The notes beneath the pieces were generated by a model. The model was not told the DNA's origin and ran no database searches. It saw nothing but the letters and a program-made list of their open reading frames with translations. Made by a program: the position numbers and the translations under genes. Shown piece after piece: positions 6,947-17,250 of a stretch of DNA of 64,000 nucleotides. The stretch comes from Dehalococcoidia bacterium. GTDB taxonomy: Bacteria; Chloroflexota; Dehalococcoidia; Lucifugimonadales; Lucifugimonadaceae. Every line of letters begins with the position of its first letter. The first letter of the stretch is position 1. The stretch spans positions 768,848 through 832,847 of the forward strand of contig CBDCYP010000001.1 of the NCBI GenBank assembly GCA_965224235.1, in the 5' to 3' direction.

Positions 6947-7738
6947 TCAGCCGCTCAGCCCCGCGGCCACCGCAACGCCGGCGGTTGGACTACTTGGGGA
7001 GGCCTGTTCGCTCATGGGGATGCGACCGGCCAAGTACGCCATCCTGCCCGCCTCGACACCCAGCTTGAACGCCTCACCCATGGCCCCAGGGTCTTCCGCT
7101 TGTGCGATCGCCGTATTCACCAACACACAGTCCGCTCCCATCTCCATGACGCTGGCCGCATCTGACGGTACGCCCAGCCCGGCGTCCACTACAACCGGCA
7201 CGCTTGACTGCTCGATGATTATCTGAATCTCTTCGGCGGTCAGAACTCCCCGGCCTGAGCCGATCGGCGACCCGAGCGGCATAACCGTGGCGCACCCGAT
7301 GTCTTCGAGGCGCTTGGCCAGCACCGGATCGGCATGGATGTATGGCAGCGCCACAAACCCCTCGGCGATCAGACGCTTGCACGCCTCATACGTGCCGATA
7401 GGATCGGGCAACAAGTACTGGGCATCCGGGATCACCTCTACCTTGATCCAGTTAGAACCCGTTACCTCACGGGCCAGACGCGCCGTGAATACCGCCTCAT
7501 CGGCCGTCTTCGATCCGGCCGTGTTGGGGAGTATCCGGTAGCGGTCCCAGTCGAGGTGGTCGAGCAATGTCTCCTGATTCGGGTCGTCGAGATTGAGCCG
7601 GCGAATCGCAACGGTGATCATCTCCGTGCCTGAGCGCCGGACGGAGTCGATAAGGTCCTGTTTCGAGCGGTGTTTGCCTGTGCCCGTGATCAGGCGGGAC
7701 TTGAAAGTTACGCCTGCGATTACCAAATCATCATTCAT
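6947..7738 (-). CDS. thiG: thiazole synthase
   Basis: 263 aa. N-terminus [18 protein letters not shown] and the [13 protein letters not shown] motif are typical of ThiG. Confidence 0.9.
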   Translation of the reverse strand: MNDDLVIAGVTFKSRLITGTGKHRSKQDLIDSVRRSGTEMITVAIRRLNLDDPNQETLLDHLDWDRYRILPNTAGSKTADEAVFTARLAREVTGSNWIKVEVIPDAQYLLPDPIGTYEACKRLIAEGFVALPYIHADPVLAKRLEDIGCATVMPLGSPIGSGRGVLTAEEIQIIIEQSSVPVVVDAGLGVPSDAASVMEMGADCVLVNTAIAQAEDPGAMGEAFKLGVEAGRMAYLAGRIPMSEQASPSSPTAGVAVAAGLSG

Positions 7739-7764
7739 AGCGGTATCTCCAGTTTCGCGATCGA

Positions 7765-7870
7765 TAAAGAGGGAGTCGCCGCGCCGTAATGTGTGCGCTC
7801 AGGTGGTGGGGTCGGCGCAAATTCAAGCGCCCTCTCAGCCCGATTTCCCGAGCCCCCGTACCCTAGCGTT
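7765..7870 (-). promoter_or_regulatory. TPP (THI-box) riboswitch in the thiG leader
   Basis: The minus strand reads ...GGGGGCUCGGGAAAUCGGGCUGAGAGGGCGCUUGAAUUUGCGCCGACCCCACCACCUGAGCGC...GGCGCGGCGACUCCCUC. This matches the conserved GGGG..CUGAGA..ACCC..ACCUGA.. core when compared from memory with E. coli thiM. It lies about 30 nt upstream of the thiG ATG. Confidence 0.7.
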
Positions 7871-8046
7871 AACCAGAGGGTTTCATTACTAGCGTAACGT
7901 AGATTGGGGCCAACGGCGCGTCGATTTCGATTCACTTGCGGCATTTGGGCGTGGCATGATTACCGCATGGGCGGCGACCCGCCGGTGTGAGAATACGCCG
8001 TTACGGAAAATCGTCGGGCGCGCCAGACCGATACTGGAGCTTAACA

Positions 8047-9027
8047 ATGGGCAGCAGGGTCATTTATTGGGGGCCAACCGTGGACCCCCGCACCGTACGG
8101 GCGCGGGAGTTGGTCCCACCTGACCTCGACGTCAACTTTGTCGATCCCGCTTACGGCGATGTTACCCGCGGCCGGCAACTGGCCGATTGCGAATTCCTCA
8201 TCGTGGGAGTCGGCGGTATCGACGAGGAAATCCTGCGCTTCATGCCTCGTCTTAAGACGCTGCAGATCCTGAGCGCGGGATTCGATCGCATCGACGTTAT
8301 AGGCTTGCGAGAGAGAGGCATCGAAGTCTGCAACAACTCCGCCGCCATCGCCAATTCGGTCGCGGAACACACCATCACGCTCATCCTGGCTATCTACAGA
8401 CGCGTCTCGCAGTCCATTGAGGGCGCGCGTGATGGCAGGTGGCAGGCCGCGGCAAAGACCGGCCGGTTCGGGCAACTTTTTGAGCTCACGCACAAGACCG
8501 TAGGCATCGTCGGAATCGGCCACATCGGCTCTCTCGTGGCCCGGCGTCTGCGGGGTTTTGAGACCACGACTCTGTATCACGACGTTCGGGCCCTACCGCC
8601 CGAAACCGAACGAGAGCTTGAGGTCGCCCGCGTGCCATTCGACGAACTGTTGGAGCGGTCCGACATCGTCACCGTGCACATGCCTCTGAACTCGGCGACC
8701 CGCGGGATGTTCAGCGCCCGTGAGTTCAACTTGATGCAACCGCATGCGGTTTTTATCAATACCTGCCGGGGCCCCGTGCATGATGAAGAGGCGCTGATCG
8801 AAGCGCTAAACGAAGGTGAGATACGGTCCGCAGGGCTTGACGTGACGGAGGTTGAGCCAACCCCTGGGGACAACCCCCTGCTGAAAATGGAAAACGTAGT
8901 AGTCACGCCTCACATCGCGGGTTCGACTGAGGAACGCGTCGACCGGGCCATCGAATTCTCGTACGGCAACGCGCTGCTTGTACTCAATGGCGGCAATCCA
9001 CTGAGTCCTGTGGTGATCCAGGACTGA
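8047..9027 (+). CDS. D-isomer-specific 2-hydroxyacid dehydrogenase (PGDH/GyaR-like)
   Basis: ORF 7987..9027 trimmed to ATG 8047 (MGSRVIYWGP). Contains the GIVGIGHIGSLVARRL Rossmann motif and the TPHIAGST catalytic region. Confidence 0.8.
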   Translation: MGSRVIYWGPTVDPRTVRARELVPPDLDVNFVDPAYGDVTRGRQLADCEFLIVGVGGIDEEILRFMPRLKTLQILSAGFDRIDVIGLRERGIEVCNNSAAIANSVAEHTITLILAIYRRVSQSIEGARDGRWQAAAKTGRFGQLFELTHKTVGIVGIGHIGSLVARRLRGFETTTLYHDVRALPPETERELEVARVPFDELLERSDIVTVHMPLNSATRGMFSAREFNLMQPHAVFINTCRGPVHDEEALIEALNEGEIRSAGLDVTEVEPTPGDNPLLKMENVVVTPHIAGSTEERVDRAIEFSYGNALLVLNGGNPLSPVVIQD

Positions 9028-9040
9028 ATCAGCGGCATTC

Positions 9041-9778
9041 GTGTTAAAGCCATCCGGTCTGCTGATCGATCTCGACGGCACCTTGATCGACAGTAACGAC
9101 CGGTGCTCCCCTGTCGTCACGAGAGCGGTGAAGCGGGCCGCAAAACGAATCCCCGTGGCCATCGCCTCGGGCCGGGAACCCGACGAGGTTTCCCACTTCG
9201 CGCGGATGCTCGGGCTCCAGCTGCCGCAGGTCTGCGACAACGGCGCACGCCTCGTCGATCCGTTGACCGGCCGTTCCCTGCGACACAGTCCGTTGCCCGA
9301 ACCTGTGGCCCGAGGATTAATCGATTCGATCTGCGCCGAAGGCCTGAGTTTCTACGCGGTAGAAAATGGCCGAATGGTGAGAACCAACGACGGCTTCAAG
9401 GAATGGGCCGTCACCATCATCGCTGCCCACGCCGGCGATGAAAGGTTAGCCAGATCCATCGCAAGCAAGTTGGCGTCGGACGAGACCACTACGGAACTCT
9501 CTACCAGCCCCGATGGCGCCTTCTGGTACGTGAATTTCGTGCTCGCCGGCATCGATAAGGCCCACGGAGTACGGCAATTTGCCAGTACCCAGCGGATTGA
9601 TCCACGGGAGCTGATGGCAGTCGGCGACGGCCTCAACGACTTATCGATGTTCAAAATGGTGGGCCTGCCCGTAGCCATGGGGAACGCGCCGGAAGAGGTC
9701 AAACGATGTGCCGCGTTCGTTGCAGGAAGCCTCGCAGACGACGGTCTGGCCGGGGCCATCGAACGATTCGTCCTTTAG
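9041..9778 (+). CDS. HAD-superfamily hydrolase, Cof-like (subfamily IIB)
   Basis: LLIDLDGTLI motif I and GDGLNDLSMF motif IV. Confidence 0.75.
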   Translation: MLKPSGLLIDLDGTLIDSNDRCSPVVTRAVKRAAKRIPVAIASGREPDEVSHFARMLGLQLPQVCDNGARLVDPLTGRSLRHSPLPEPVARGLIDSICAEGLSFYAVENGRMVRTNDGFKEWAVTIIAAHAGDERLARSIASKLASDETTTELSTSPDGAFWYVNFVLAGIDKAHGVRQFASTQRIDPRELMAVGDGLNDLSMFKMVGLPVAMGNAPEEVKRCAAFVAGSLADDGLAGAIERFVL

Positions 9779-11595
9779 CCCGGTCCGTCAGCGTCGCGGA
9801 ATTCGCTGTCGTCTCCACGCAGGGCGCTTACACCGGCCGCCAGAGCCGCCTGCCAGACGCGTAACTCTCGGCGCACGGCAGACTGGAATCGGCTCCCGTA
9901 TTCGCCCACGCTGCGGTACTTCTTCTGCCGCCTCCGCACGAGCGTGCGCCGCCTCTTGTCCCGCAGTTCTATGAGCGCCCGCATCAGGCTCCGCTTGAGC
10001 AGCCGGGCAGCCTCGTCCGGTGAGCCGTCGGCCGGTTCAGGCACTATGAGGTCCACGATGCCCATATTCAGGCAGTCGGTAGAGGTGAGTTTCAGCGCTT
10101 TGGCCAGTTCTTCTGCACGGGCGGCGTCGCTCAACTCGGTCTCGGCGCCCTCTTCCGGAGCGATGGGGGTGTAGATGGCGTTCTGCTGCATCAGAACGAT
10201 GTCGGCGACGCCGAGGGCCAACGCTGCCTCGCTACCTCCCTCTCCTATCAGCACGGAGATAGTAGGAACTTCCGCGTTGGACATGGCGTCGATCGTTCCG
10301 GCTATTGCGCCCGCTATTCCCTGTCGCTCTGAGTCGAGTCCGAGTCTGGGACCCGGAGTGTCCACAAGGGTGATCACGGGCAGGGTGAATCGTTGGGCCA
10401 GTTTTATGGCGCGAATCGCCTTACGGAATCCCTCGCTGGTTATCCGGCCCTCGGTTTCCGATCCATGGGCGCCGTCCAACTTGGCAGGGCCAGCCTGTTT
10501 CTGTTGCCCTATTATTACCACTGATTCTCCAGCCAGCCTTGCGAGCCCGACGACGATCGCAGGATCGTCTCCGCGCAGGCGGTCGCCATGCAGTTCGATG
10601 AAGTTTGCGAAAACCCGGTCGATGTAGTCACGCGCCTTTGGCCGGTCGGGTCGCCGCGCAATTTTTACCATCTCCCACGGCTCGAGCGGCGCAACGCGGG
10701 TCTCGACCGGCTGCGTACGCCGGGACGTCGCCAATTTGAACTCGGGGGTTATGATGTCCAGAATGGACGCGACCTCGTGCTTAAGGCGCTGCCGACCGAC
10801 TACCCGGTCTACGTGGCCGTGGGCCTGGAGGAACTCGGCCGTGTAGTCGTCCTCGGCGCGTTTGCGTCCTTCCGCACCCTGCTCCGCACGGAACGGCGCA
10901 AATCCCACGTGTGCGCCCGGCTCTGCGAATATTACGTCGGCGAGGGAGGCGAAACTGGCGAGCACCTGACCGGTGCATGGATTGCCCAAGACTGCGATCA
11001 ATGGCATGCCCTTGCTGTGAAGAGAGTTGAGCGCCACCACCGTCTTCGCCATCTGCATCAGCGAAAGCACGCCCTCTTGAATCCGTGCGCCTCCGCTGGT
11101 AATGACGGCTACGGCCGGCAACTTCCTTCGGGCGGCGAGTTCAAGGGCCAAGGCCACCTTCTCGCCGACCACCAGGCCCATGCTGCCGCCAAAGAACCCG
11201 AAATCAAGGACGATTACCACCGCGTGCGTGCCACCGATGTAACAGACGCCCGTGACTGCGGCCTCGGAGAGTCCGGTGCGGGTCTGATCCTGGAGCAGCC
11301 TCACCCGATAGGAGATTCTGGGTGAGAATTCCAGCGGGTCAAGAGATTGGATCCACTGGCTCGTCTCCCTGAACGTTCCTTCGTCAGCGAGCATGGCGAT
11401 TCTCCGCCGTGCCGAGATGTTGTAGTGGAACTTACACCTTGGGCATACGCGCAGTCGACGGTAGAGGCGGGACTGGCTCAGTCCGGCGCCGCACGCCAAG
11501 CAGTTCGGCCTGGGCCGTTCAAGATCGAGGGCCGGGTGTTCTGTCAGTTCCTGTTCAAGCCGCTCTTCCGGAAAAAGCGGCGTGACGTTGCTCAT
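9775..11595 (-). CDS. accD/accA: acetyl-CoA carboxylase carboxyltransferase, fused beta (AccD) - alpha (AccA) subunits
   Basis: ORF 9775..11778 trimmed to ATG 11595 (MSNVTPLF, with a GGAAGGG Shine-Dalgarno). The N-terminal half has the AccD zinc ribbon (CLACG...CPRCKFHY). The C-terminal half has AccA motifs (PWEMVKIARRPDRPKARDYI...FIELHGDR). Confidence 0.85.
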   Translation of the reverse strand: MSNVTPLFPEERLEQELTEHPALDLERPRPNCLACGAGLSQSRLYRRLRVCPRCKFHYNISARRRIAMLADEGTFRETSQWIQSLDPLEFSPRISYRVRLLQDQTRTGLSEAAVTGVCYIGGTHAVVIVLDFGFFGGSMGLVVGEKVALALELAARRKLPAVAVITSGGARIQEGVLSLMQMAKTVVALNSLHSKGMPLIAVLGNPCTGQVLASFASLADVIFAEPGAHVGFAPFRAEQGAEGRKRAEDDYTAEFLQAHGHVDRVVGRQRLKHEVASILDIITPEFKLATSRRTQPVETRVAPLEPWEMVKIARRPDRPKARDYIDRVFANFIELHGDRLRGDDPAIVVGLARLAGESVVIIGQQKQAGPAKLDGAHGSETEGRITSEGFRKAIRAIKLAQRFTLPVITLVDTPGPRLGLDSERQGIAGAIAGTIDAMSNAEVPTISVLIGEGGSEAALALGVADIVLMQQNAIYTPIAPEEGAETELSDAARAEELAKALKLTSTDCLNMGIVDLIVPEPADGSPDEAARLLKRSLMRALIELRDKRRRTLVRRRQKKYRSVGEYGSRFQSAVRRELRVWQAALAAGVSALRGDDSEFRDADGPG

Positions 11596-11804
11596 TCGGC
11601 GGCCCTTCCGTTCTTGTAGTCGTGCCCGAGCAAGTACACGATTCAAGTCTGGCACATATTCCTGCGCCTGGAATCCGCACAAGCGCGCAAATTTTGCCGC
11701 ATCGGCAATTCGCCCGGGACTCTCGACGCCCGTTTCTTGTGGCCGAATCAGCCGCTCGGGACGGGATTTTGCGGCCACTTGTGGCCGAGTGAGAACCGGA
11801 TTGG

Positions 11805-14120
11805 CTACAAGACCTTCCGGGGCTTGCCAGCCTCGCCCGGACCCACCACGCCTTCGTCTTCCAGCTCATCCATCAGTCGAGCCGCCCGCGGGTAGCCGAT
11901 CCGCAGTCTACGCTGCAACAACGAGGTGGACAACGTGCGTTGCGTCTTCGCCAACGACACGGCGTTGTCAAAAAGGGAGTCGCCGCCGCTGGGCGCCACG
12001 TCGTTCGAACCTTGCTCCTCATCGAAGTTGACCTCGAGCATTGGCATTTCCGGACAATCTACGTTTCGCCAGTATTCGACCACGGACTCTACTTCGTCGT
12101 CGCCGAGGAACGCTCCCTGTATTCTGAGCGGCCTTGCCCGATCCACCGGCAGGAACAGCATGTCGCCTTTGCCTAACAGTTTCTCTGCGCCCGGGCTGTC
12201 CAGAATTGTGCGGGAATCGATCTGCGACATTACGGAGAAGCTGATTCGGCTTGGGAAGTTAGCCTTTATCAGCCCGGTCACGACATCCACGGACGGCCGC
12301 TGAGTAGCCACGACCAGGTGTACTCCCGTCGCCCGGCCAAGCTGCGCAAGGCGCACGAGCAGCCGCTCCACGTCGTTGGCGCCGGTGAGCATAAGGTCCG
12401 CCAGTTCGTCGACCAGGATCAGCAGATACGGCATCTTTATGGCGGACTTGGCGTTGAACGTGGCTATGTTCCTGACACCAGCCGACTCCAACAGCCGAAA
12501 ACGCTCCATCATCTCCTGTACGAGAGAGCGCAGAATCACCAGCGCCCGCTCCGGCTCTACAACGGGCTCGGTGTAGAGGTGGGGTATCCCCGCATACGGC
12601 GTGAGCTCAACCCGCTTGGGGTCGATCATTACCATCCGCACCTGCTCTGGAGTGCGATTCATCAGAAGCCCTACGACCAGGGCGTTGATACACACGCTTT
12701 TGCCCGATCCGGTCGCTCCGGCGACGAGGAGGTGCGGCATACGGGTCAAGTCTGCGATGGCCGGTTGACCCCCTGAGTCGAGTCCAAGGGGCACGGGCAG
12801 CCCCATTTTTGCCTGGGCAGACTTGTACAGGTCGACGTCCATTACTGACTTGACCGTGACCGGCGCGGGATTAGTGTTCGGCACCTCGATGCCGACTACC
12901 GATTCGCCCGGAACCGGGGCTTCGAATCGGAGGTTCGGAGAAGCCAACGCAAGAGCAAGGTCTTTCTCTCGATTAAGGATCGTATCGACCCTGACCCGCT
13001 GTGTGCCCTCTGTCTCACCCTTGCCGCCCTTCCAACCGGGCTTCAGGCCATACATCGTCACGGTAGGCCCGACGCGAACCTGATCTACCGAAACACTGAT
13101 TGCGTGTTGCCGAAGCGCTTCTACGATCAGTTCACCCGTCGCGGTCAGTTCGGACCTGGAAACACCTCCGCCTGAAGCGGACTTAAGCATCGAAAGGGGA
13201 GGAAGCTTCCAGGGAAACGGAGGAATTCCCAGGGCAGCCGCATCGCGTGATGGGGCCTTTCGCACAGGCCCATCAGGCAGCCCGTCCACCTCTTCTAACC
13301 CGACCACCTCACTTGCTTCCACGAGATCCGGCAAGTCGACTTCGCCAAAACCATTGATGTTAGAGGCAATACTCGGATCGGTCGTCAGTTCGACCGAATC
13401 GTCGATCAGTTCGGCGCCGGCGATCTTCATATCGTCAATCGCGACAGGAACGGCCTCTCTCTTTTCCTGCTGCCGGGCAGCCCGTGCCTCACGCCACTCG
13501 GCGAATCTGGCCGCCGTCCACGCCGCCGACGCTATCAACGCCGAAGCGGCATATCCGGCGCCGATCCACACCCCTCGGCTTGCCACGAGCGCGCCGCGAG
13601 GTGAGATGACCGCCCCGGCCAATAAAACGAGAACCGCAACCCGCAACCCGGCGAAGGCATACTGGCCGGTGGTGACCCCGTAGGAGTCCCACTCCGAGGG
13701 CCATCGCGCCAACAGTTCGCCCACACGCCCGCCGAGAGACTCGTCAGCGTAGAACGCTCCCGGTTTGGCCGTGATGCCGAGTGCGGCCGAGGCCGCCGCG
13801 GCGCCCAGGAGACTTGCCGCCAGAGCGCGGTACCAACTCACGATCAGTCTCGGTCGTCCATTTGCAAGATAAAGGACCACTGCAAGCCAGCCCAGAAGTG
13901 GTACTGCGCTCCAACCCAGCCAACCGATGAACTGATCTCGAACAACAAATGCGACCACCAGTCCCGTCGCGACAACAACAGCAAGGAACCTGCCACCCTG
14001 GGTCAGGAGCAACCTGAATAACGCGCCAGTGGTGTTTTTTAGTTTAGATTTCACCAGATAACCACTTAGGATGGGGCCAGTCGGCCCATCAAGCCGGCCT
14101 GACGGCGAAATTAGGCGCAA
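11805..14120 (-). CDS. ftsK: DNA translocase FtsK/SpoIIIE
   Basis: 771 aa with N-terminal transmembrane helices, Walker A GATGSGKS, VDELADLM, and a C-terminal gamma-domain winged helix (LLQRRLRIGYPRAARLMDELE). The TTG start is uncertain. Confidence 0.9.
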   Translation of the reverse strand: MRLISPSGRLDGPTGPILSGYLVKSKLKNTTGALFRLLLTQGGRFLAVVVATGLVVAFVVRDQFIGWLGWSAVPLLGWLAVVLYLANGRPRLIVSWYRALAASLLGAAAASAALGITAKPGAFYADESLGGRVGELLARWPSEWDSYGVTTGQYAFAGLRVAVLVLLAGAVISPRGALVASRGVWIGAGYAASALIASAAWTAARFAEWREARAARQQEKREAVPVAIDDMKIAGAELIDDSVELTTDPSIASNINGFGEVDLPDLVEASEVVGLEEVDGLPDGPVRKAPSRDAAALGIPPFPWKLPPLSMLKSASGGGVSRSELTATGELIVEALRQHAISVSVDQVRVGPTVTMYGLKPGWKGGKGETEGTQRVRVDTILNREKDLALALASPNLRFEAPVPGESVVGIEVPNTNPAPVTVKSVMDVDLYKSAQAKMGLPVPLGLDSGGQPAIADLTRMPHLLVAGATGSGKSVCINALVVGLLMNRTPEQVRMVMIDPKRVELTPYAGIPHLYTEPVVEPERALVILRSLVQEMMERFRLLESAGVRNIATFNAKSAIKMPYLLILVDELADLMLTGANDVERLLVRLAQLGRATGVHLVVATQRPSVDVVTGLIKANFPSRISFSVMSQIDSRTILDSPGAEKLLGKGDMLFLPVDRARPLRIQGAFLGDDEVESVVEYWRNVDCPEMPMLEVNFDEEQGSNDVAPSGGDSLFDNAVSLAKTQRTLSTSLLQRRLRIGYPRAARLMDELEDEGVVGPGEAGKPRKVL

Positions 14121-14165
14121 GCGGGTATTTTGGACGAGTCGTCCCGAACCCCGAAACGAACTGCG

Positions 14166-15836
14166 CTAGACGTCTACGGGTACCAGAACGATGAGCGGGC
14201 GCCGCCGGGTGCGTTTCCCCAGAAACTGGCCGGCCACCACCCTCAGTTGATGTTCAATCTGATTCCACTGTATTGATTCGTTTCTCGCCCGGTCAAGGAT
14301 GGGAGAAAGCGCGTCTTTGGTGTCTTTGAAAAGCACGTCGGATTGATCGGAGTGAACGAATCCGGCTGAGACGAATTTTGGTTCGCCTTTTACTCGACCG
14401 TTGCGCCCGCGCGCCAGAGAGATGACCACGATTCCGTCGCGGGCCAGAGAGCGTCTTTCGACAACGACGTTGCCGGATTCGTCCCACATCCCGAGTCCGT
14501 GGACAAATACGTGTCCTGCCGGCAGGCGATCGATGACTTCGCCTCCATTTGCGGAAATCTCGAGATGATCGCCATCCGTGAGGACAAACACGTTCTCTGC
14601 CGGCACGCCGTGATTCATGGCCAGTTCGGCGTGGGCCTTGAGCATCCGGTATTCGCCGTGCACAGGAACAAAGTAGCGGGGCTGAGTGAGGTTGATCATC
14701 GTCCGAAGTTCCTCGCGGCGCGCGTGCCCCTGTACGTGAGTCACTCGCCGCCGATTCGTGATGACCCGGGCGCCCAGTCTGACCAGGTCGTCTATCGACT
14801 CATTCACGGACACCTCGTTACCGGGTATCGCGTTCGCCGAAATGACGATTGTGTCTCCCCCCCGCACTTCCACGTCCCGATGATCCCCGCGTGACATCCT
14901 GACCAGGACCGAAGTGGGTTCGCCCTGGCTGCCCGTGGTCATATACAGGACCTTGCGGTCCGGCAGGCTTGCCGCTTCCGCAGGTTTCACCATTAAATCC
15001 TGGGGGATATCGAGATGGCCGAGGTCCCTGGCTATACGGATGTTGTTGATCATGCTGCGGCCGAGTACCACCAGTTTCCGGCCGTAGGCCCGCGCTGCGT
15101 CTGCCGCTATCTGCACGCGGGCGATTTGCGAGGCGAAACTGGCGACGAATACGCGGCCTTCAGCCTCTGCGATCACTTTGAACAGTCCTTCGGCCGCAAC
15201 GCGGTCCGAGCCCGAGTAGCCCTCCTCTTCCGCGTAGGTCGAGTCGGAGAGAAGCAGGAAAACCCCGTCCTCCGCAATACGCGCCAGGTCGGTGAAATCG
15301 GTTGGATCGCCGATTACCGGATCGTGATCGATCTTGAAATCACCGGTGTGAATCACGGTGCCCAAAGGCGTGTGCACCGCTATGCCGTGGGCGTCGGGGA
15401 TGCTGTGGCAGACAGGAAACCACTCCGCGGTGAGCTCACCCGCCCGAACAGTTTGACCGGGCCTGGCGATGCGCAGCTCCGTTCCTTCAAGTCGGCGGGA
15501 TTCGCGCAGTTTTTTGCGCAGCAGTTCAACGGCCATTGGCGGCGCGTAGACAGGCGCGGAAACCTGATCGACCAAGTACGGCACCGCGCCGATGTGGTCC
15601 TCGTGCCCGTGCGTGATCAGGATGGCCCGGACCCTGTCGGCGTTCTCCGACAGGTAGTCGAGGTTGGGGATAACGACCTCGACGCCCGGCATGTCGAATT
15701 CCGGAAAGAGGACGCCGGCGTCGATGACGACTATGTCCTCGCCAACCTCCAGGACCATCATGTTCTTGCCGATCTCCCCCAGGCCGCCGAGCGGCAACAC
15801 CTTCAGAGTTGGCTGTGTTCCGACTTTTAACGCCAT
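14166..15836 (-). CDS. rnj: ribonuclease J (beta-CASP metallo-beta-lactamase)
   Basis: 556 aa with the HGHEDHIG motif, the beta-CASP region and a typical RNase J N-terminus (PLGGLGEIGKNMMV). Confidence 0.9.
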   Translation of the reverse strand: MALKVGTQPTLKVLPLGGLGEIGKNMMVLEVGEDIVVIDAGVLFPEFDMPGVEVVIPNLDYLSENADRVRAILITHGHEDHIGAVPYLVDQVSAPVYAPPMAVELLRKKLRESRRLEGTELRIARPGQTVRAGELTAEWFPVCHSIPDAHGIAVHTPLGTVIHTGDFKIDHDPVIGDPTDFTDLARIAEDGVFLLLSDSTYAEEEGYSGSDRVAAEGLFKVIAEAEGRVFVASFASQIARVQIAADAARAYGRKLVVLGRSMINNIRIARDLGHLDIPQDLMVKPAEAASLPDRKVLYMTTGSQGEPTSVLVRMSRGDHRDVEVRGGDTIVISANAIPGNEVSVNESIDDLVRLGARVITNRRRVTHVQGHARREELRTMINLTQPRYFVPVHGEYRMLKAHAELAMNHGVPAENVFVLTDGDHLEISANGGEVIDRLPAGHVFVHGLGMWDESGNVVVERRSLARDGIVVISLARGRNGRVKGEPKFVSAGFVHSDQSDVLFKDTKDALSPILDRARNESIQWNQIEHQLRVVAGQFLGKRTRRRPLIVLVPVDV

Positions 15837-15930
15837 GGGTTTGGGAGCGTTATGTATGTATTTGGCAGAAAATGCCTCCGATTACGAGTTTGATGGCCGT
15901 CGACGGCCCTGTGCAGGGGGATTGCGGCGG

Positions 15931-16659
15931 TCAAAACATGCTCAACTGTTGCCGATCGCCCGGATCTTCGATGTCCGGAGAGACCTCGGCGCCAGGCGAC
16001 TGATCCGCAGTATCTCGCTTCTCCGCATCTCGCTTCACCTGTTGCCCCGAGCCGACGTCCGGCGCTGGTGGCTCCACGGGCGTAAGAGCTGCGAGAATCG
16101 CTTCGGGGATCCGCTTGAAGTCCTCGACAGTGGCTTGCATCACCTGCGTCGATCTTAGCGCGGCAGCCGGGTGATACAGGGGGTAAATGACTCGGCCTTG
16201 CCAACGCATTATCGTGCCGTGGTCACGCGAAATTCGGGCATTCGGAACGAAGCGCAACAGTGAGTGTCTCCCAAGGGTAGCAATTACCCGCGGGTTGATT
16301 AACTCGATCTGGGCTTTCAAATAGCCGCTGCACGCATCCACCTCGTCCGGTAGTGGGTCCCTGTTGTCCGGCGGGCGGCACTTGACGACATTTGTGATGA
16401 ATACGTCTTCCCGCCTCATCGGCACGGACCCAAGGAGGTCATCGAGCAACTTGCCCGCCCTTCCGACAAATGGCCGGCCCTGCTGGTCTTCATTGAATCC
16501 CGGCCCCTCGCCGATGAACATCACGGCCGCATCGGATGAGCCTTCGCCGGGAACGGCCTTCGTCCTTGCTTCGGCCAGCCGGCAAAGCGTGCAAGCAAGT
16601 ACGTCATTGGAGACGGACTCGAGGGAATTCCAGGATTGCGGGCCGGCAGACTCGGGCAT
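15931..16659 (-). CDS. udg: uracil-DNA glycosylase, family 4, with a charged C-terminal tail
   Basis: FIGEGPGFNEDQQGRPFVGRAGKLLD motif. About 40 aa of acidic, proline-rich C-terminal extension. Confidence 0.8.
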   Translation of the reverse strand: MPESAGPQSWNSLESVSNDVLACTLCRLAEARTKAVPGEGSSDAAVMFIGEGPGFNEDQQGRPFVGRAGKLLDDLLGSVPMRREDVFITNVVKCRPPDNRDPLPDEVDACSGYLKAQIELINPRVIATLGRHSLLRFVPNARISRDHGTIMRWQGRVIYPLYHPAAALRSTQVMQATVEDFKRIPEAILAALTPVEPPAPDVGSGQQVKRDAEKRDTADQSPGAEVSPDIEDPGDRQQLSMF

Positions 16660-16891
16660 TTGCGTAAACGGATCAATACCGCGAAAGGGGAGACTAAATA
16701 GGTCCCCAAGTTACCACATACGCCCGGCCGGGCCTCAATGCCCGGGGGTTATGTCACAACGTCGCCGTACGCCCGTGCCAATTTTCCTGCACAAGGAGAA
16801 TATTTTAGACAGACCGGGCGACAGCAGTCGACCGTTCGCGTGCTGTGTTATTCGCGAGTTCGCCGTTATGCCCAGGGGCGATGGCAAAGGT

Positions 16892-17149
16892 CTAGCTGCT
16901 TATACCGCGTTCCTGAAGATACGTGACGGCGTCGGTAACCGTCCTGATGTTCTCAGCTTCCTCGTCGGAGATCTCCAGAGGCTGCTCGTCGGTTCCGAAT
17001 TCTTCCTCAATCGCCATGATCAGTTCAACGACGTCCAGTGAGTCGGCGTTAAGGTCTTCAGTAAATGATGACTCGGCGTTTATCTCGTCCGCGTCCACAC
17101 TCAGTTTGTCTGCTGTGATGTCGCGCACCCGTTCGAACACGGTGGCCAT
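16892..17149 (-). CDS. acpP: acyl carrier protein
   Basis: 85 aa with the [21 protein letters not shown] phosphopantetheine site. GGAGG Shine-Dalgarno. Confidence 0.9.
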   Translation of the reverse strand: MATVFERVRDITADKLSVDADEINAESSFTEDLNADSLDVVELIMAIEEEFGTDEQPLEISDEEAENIRTVTDAVTYLQERGISS

Positions 17150-17250
17150 GTGGCTCTACCTCCGCGATTTCCTTGTTTCGGCCTCTCCGGGCCCAACATC
17201 GGTCAATTCGTGACTACGTGTTTGATCTGAAACTGAACAACGCAGTCCAG

